A stretch of 63,623 bases of DNA, the filler included, from Octopus bimaculoides (taxonomy: Eukaryota): NCBI RefSeq assembly GCF_001194135.2. It is 5 parts of 4 records of this genome, joined end to end, with 100 filler letters (N's around TTAATTAATTAA, not from the genome) between each part and the next. Parts side by side here need not be neighbours in the genome. Positions count along the whole stretch, not along the records: positions 59,532 to 63,623 come from NC_068982.1; 4 more parts are not named here. One strand, written 5' to 3'. Both the position numbers and the translations under genes were made by a program. The notes beneath the pieces are model-generated. The model was not told the origin of the DNA. It saw only the letters and a program-made list of their open reading frames with translations, and did not search any database. Of this stretch, positions 63,421 to 63,623 are shown piece by piece. Positions within the stretch are counted from its first letter, which is position 1. Each line of letters opens with the position of its first letter.

Positions 63421-63586
63421 AGGCGCAGGAGTGGCTGCGTGGTAAGTAGCTTGCTTACTAACCACATGGTTCCGGGTTCAGTCCCACTGCATGGCACCTT
63501 GGGCAAGTGTCTTCTACTATAGCCTCGGGCCGACCAAAGCCTTGTGAGTGGATTTGGTAGATGGAAACTGAAAGAAGCCCGTCATA

Positions 63587-63623
<37 letters not shown>
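63421..63623 (+). mobile_element. SINE family A, 5' part running into the internal (TA)n at the window end
   Basis: AGGCGCAGGAGTGGCTGCGTGGTAAGTAGC..CCTTGGGCAAGTG..GAAAGAAGCCCGTC. Confidence 0.92.

Overview
AT-rich animal genomic DNA, most likely an octopus or other coleoid cephalopod. This is inferred from the recurrent tRNA-derived SINE families, R4/Dong LINEs, very dense microsatellites and TTAGGG repeats; no database search was run. The window is five assembly pieces joined by four artificial 100-bp linkers (44N-TTAATTAATTAA-44N), with many additional N gaps. I found no intact protein-coding gene, rRNA, functional tRNA or CRISPR array, and almost all ORF-track entries are microsatellite or N artefacts. 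The content is mostly transposon debris: three abundant SINE families, many R4/Dong-clade LINE fragments stacked on (TAA)n tracts (including a ~3.2-kb decayed copy), RTE LINE remnants, and mariner, Tc1, hAT and CMC/Chapaev-like transposase relics. The most notable signals are: (i) Penelope-type repeats carrying minimal type-I hammerhead ribozyme motifs, with one structurally intact copy inside a ~270-bp foldback and a second unrelated decayed hammerhead; (ii) a 604-bp foldback element with perfect 37-bp TIRs, an 8-bp TSD and an outward-facing (CCCTAA)5/(TTAGGG)7 core; (iii) an 89-nt pre-miRNA-like hairpin; (iv) a clean 151-nt candidate coding exon in a CpG-poor terminal segment. Coordinates of degenerate repeats are approximate.
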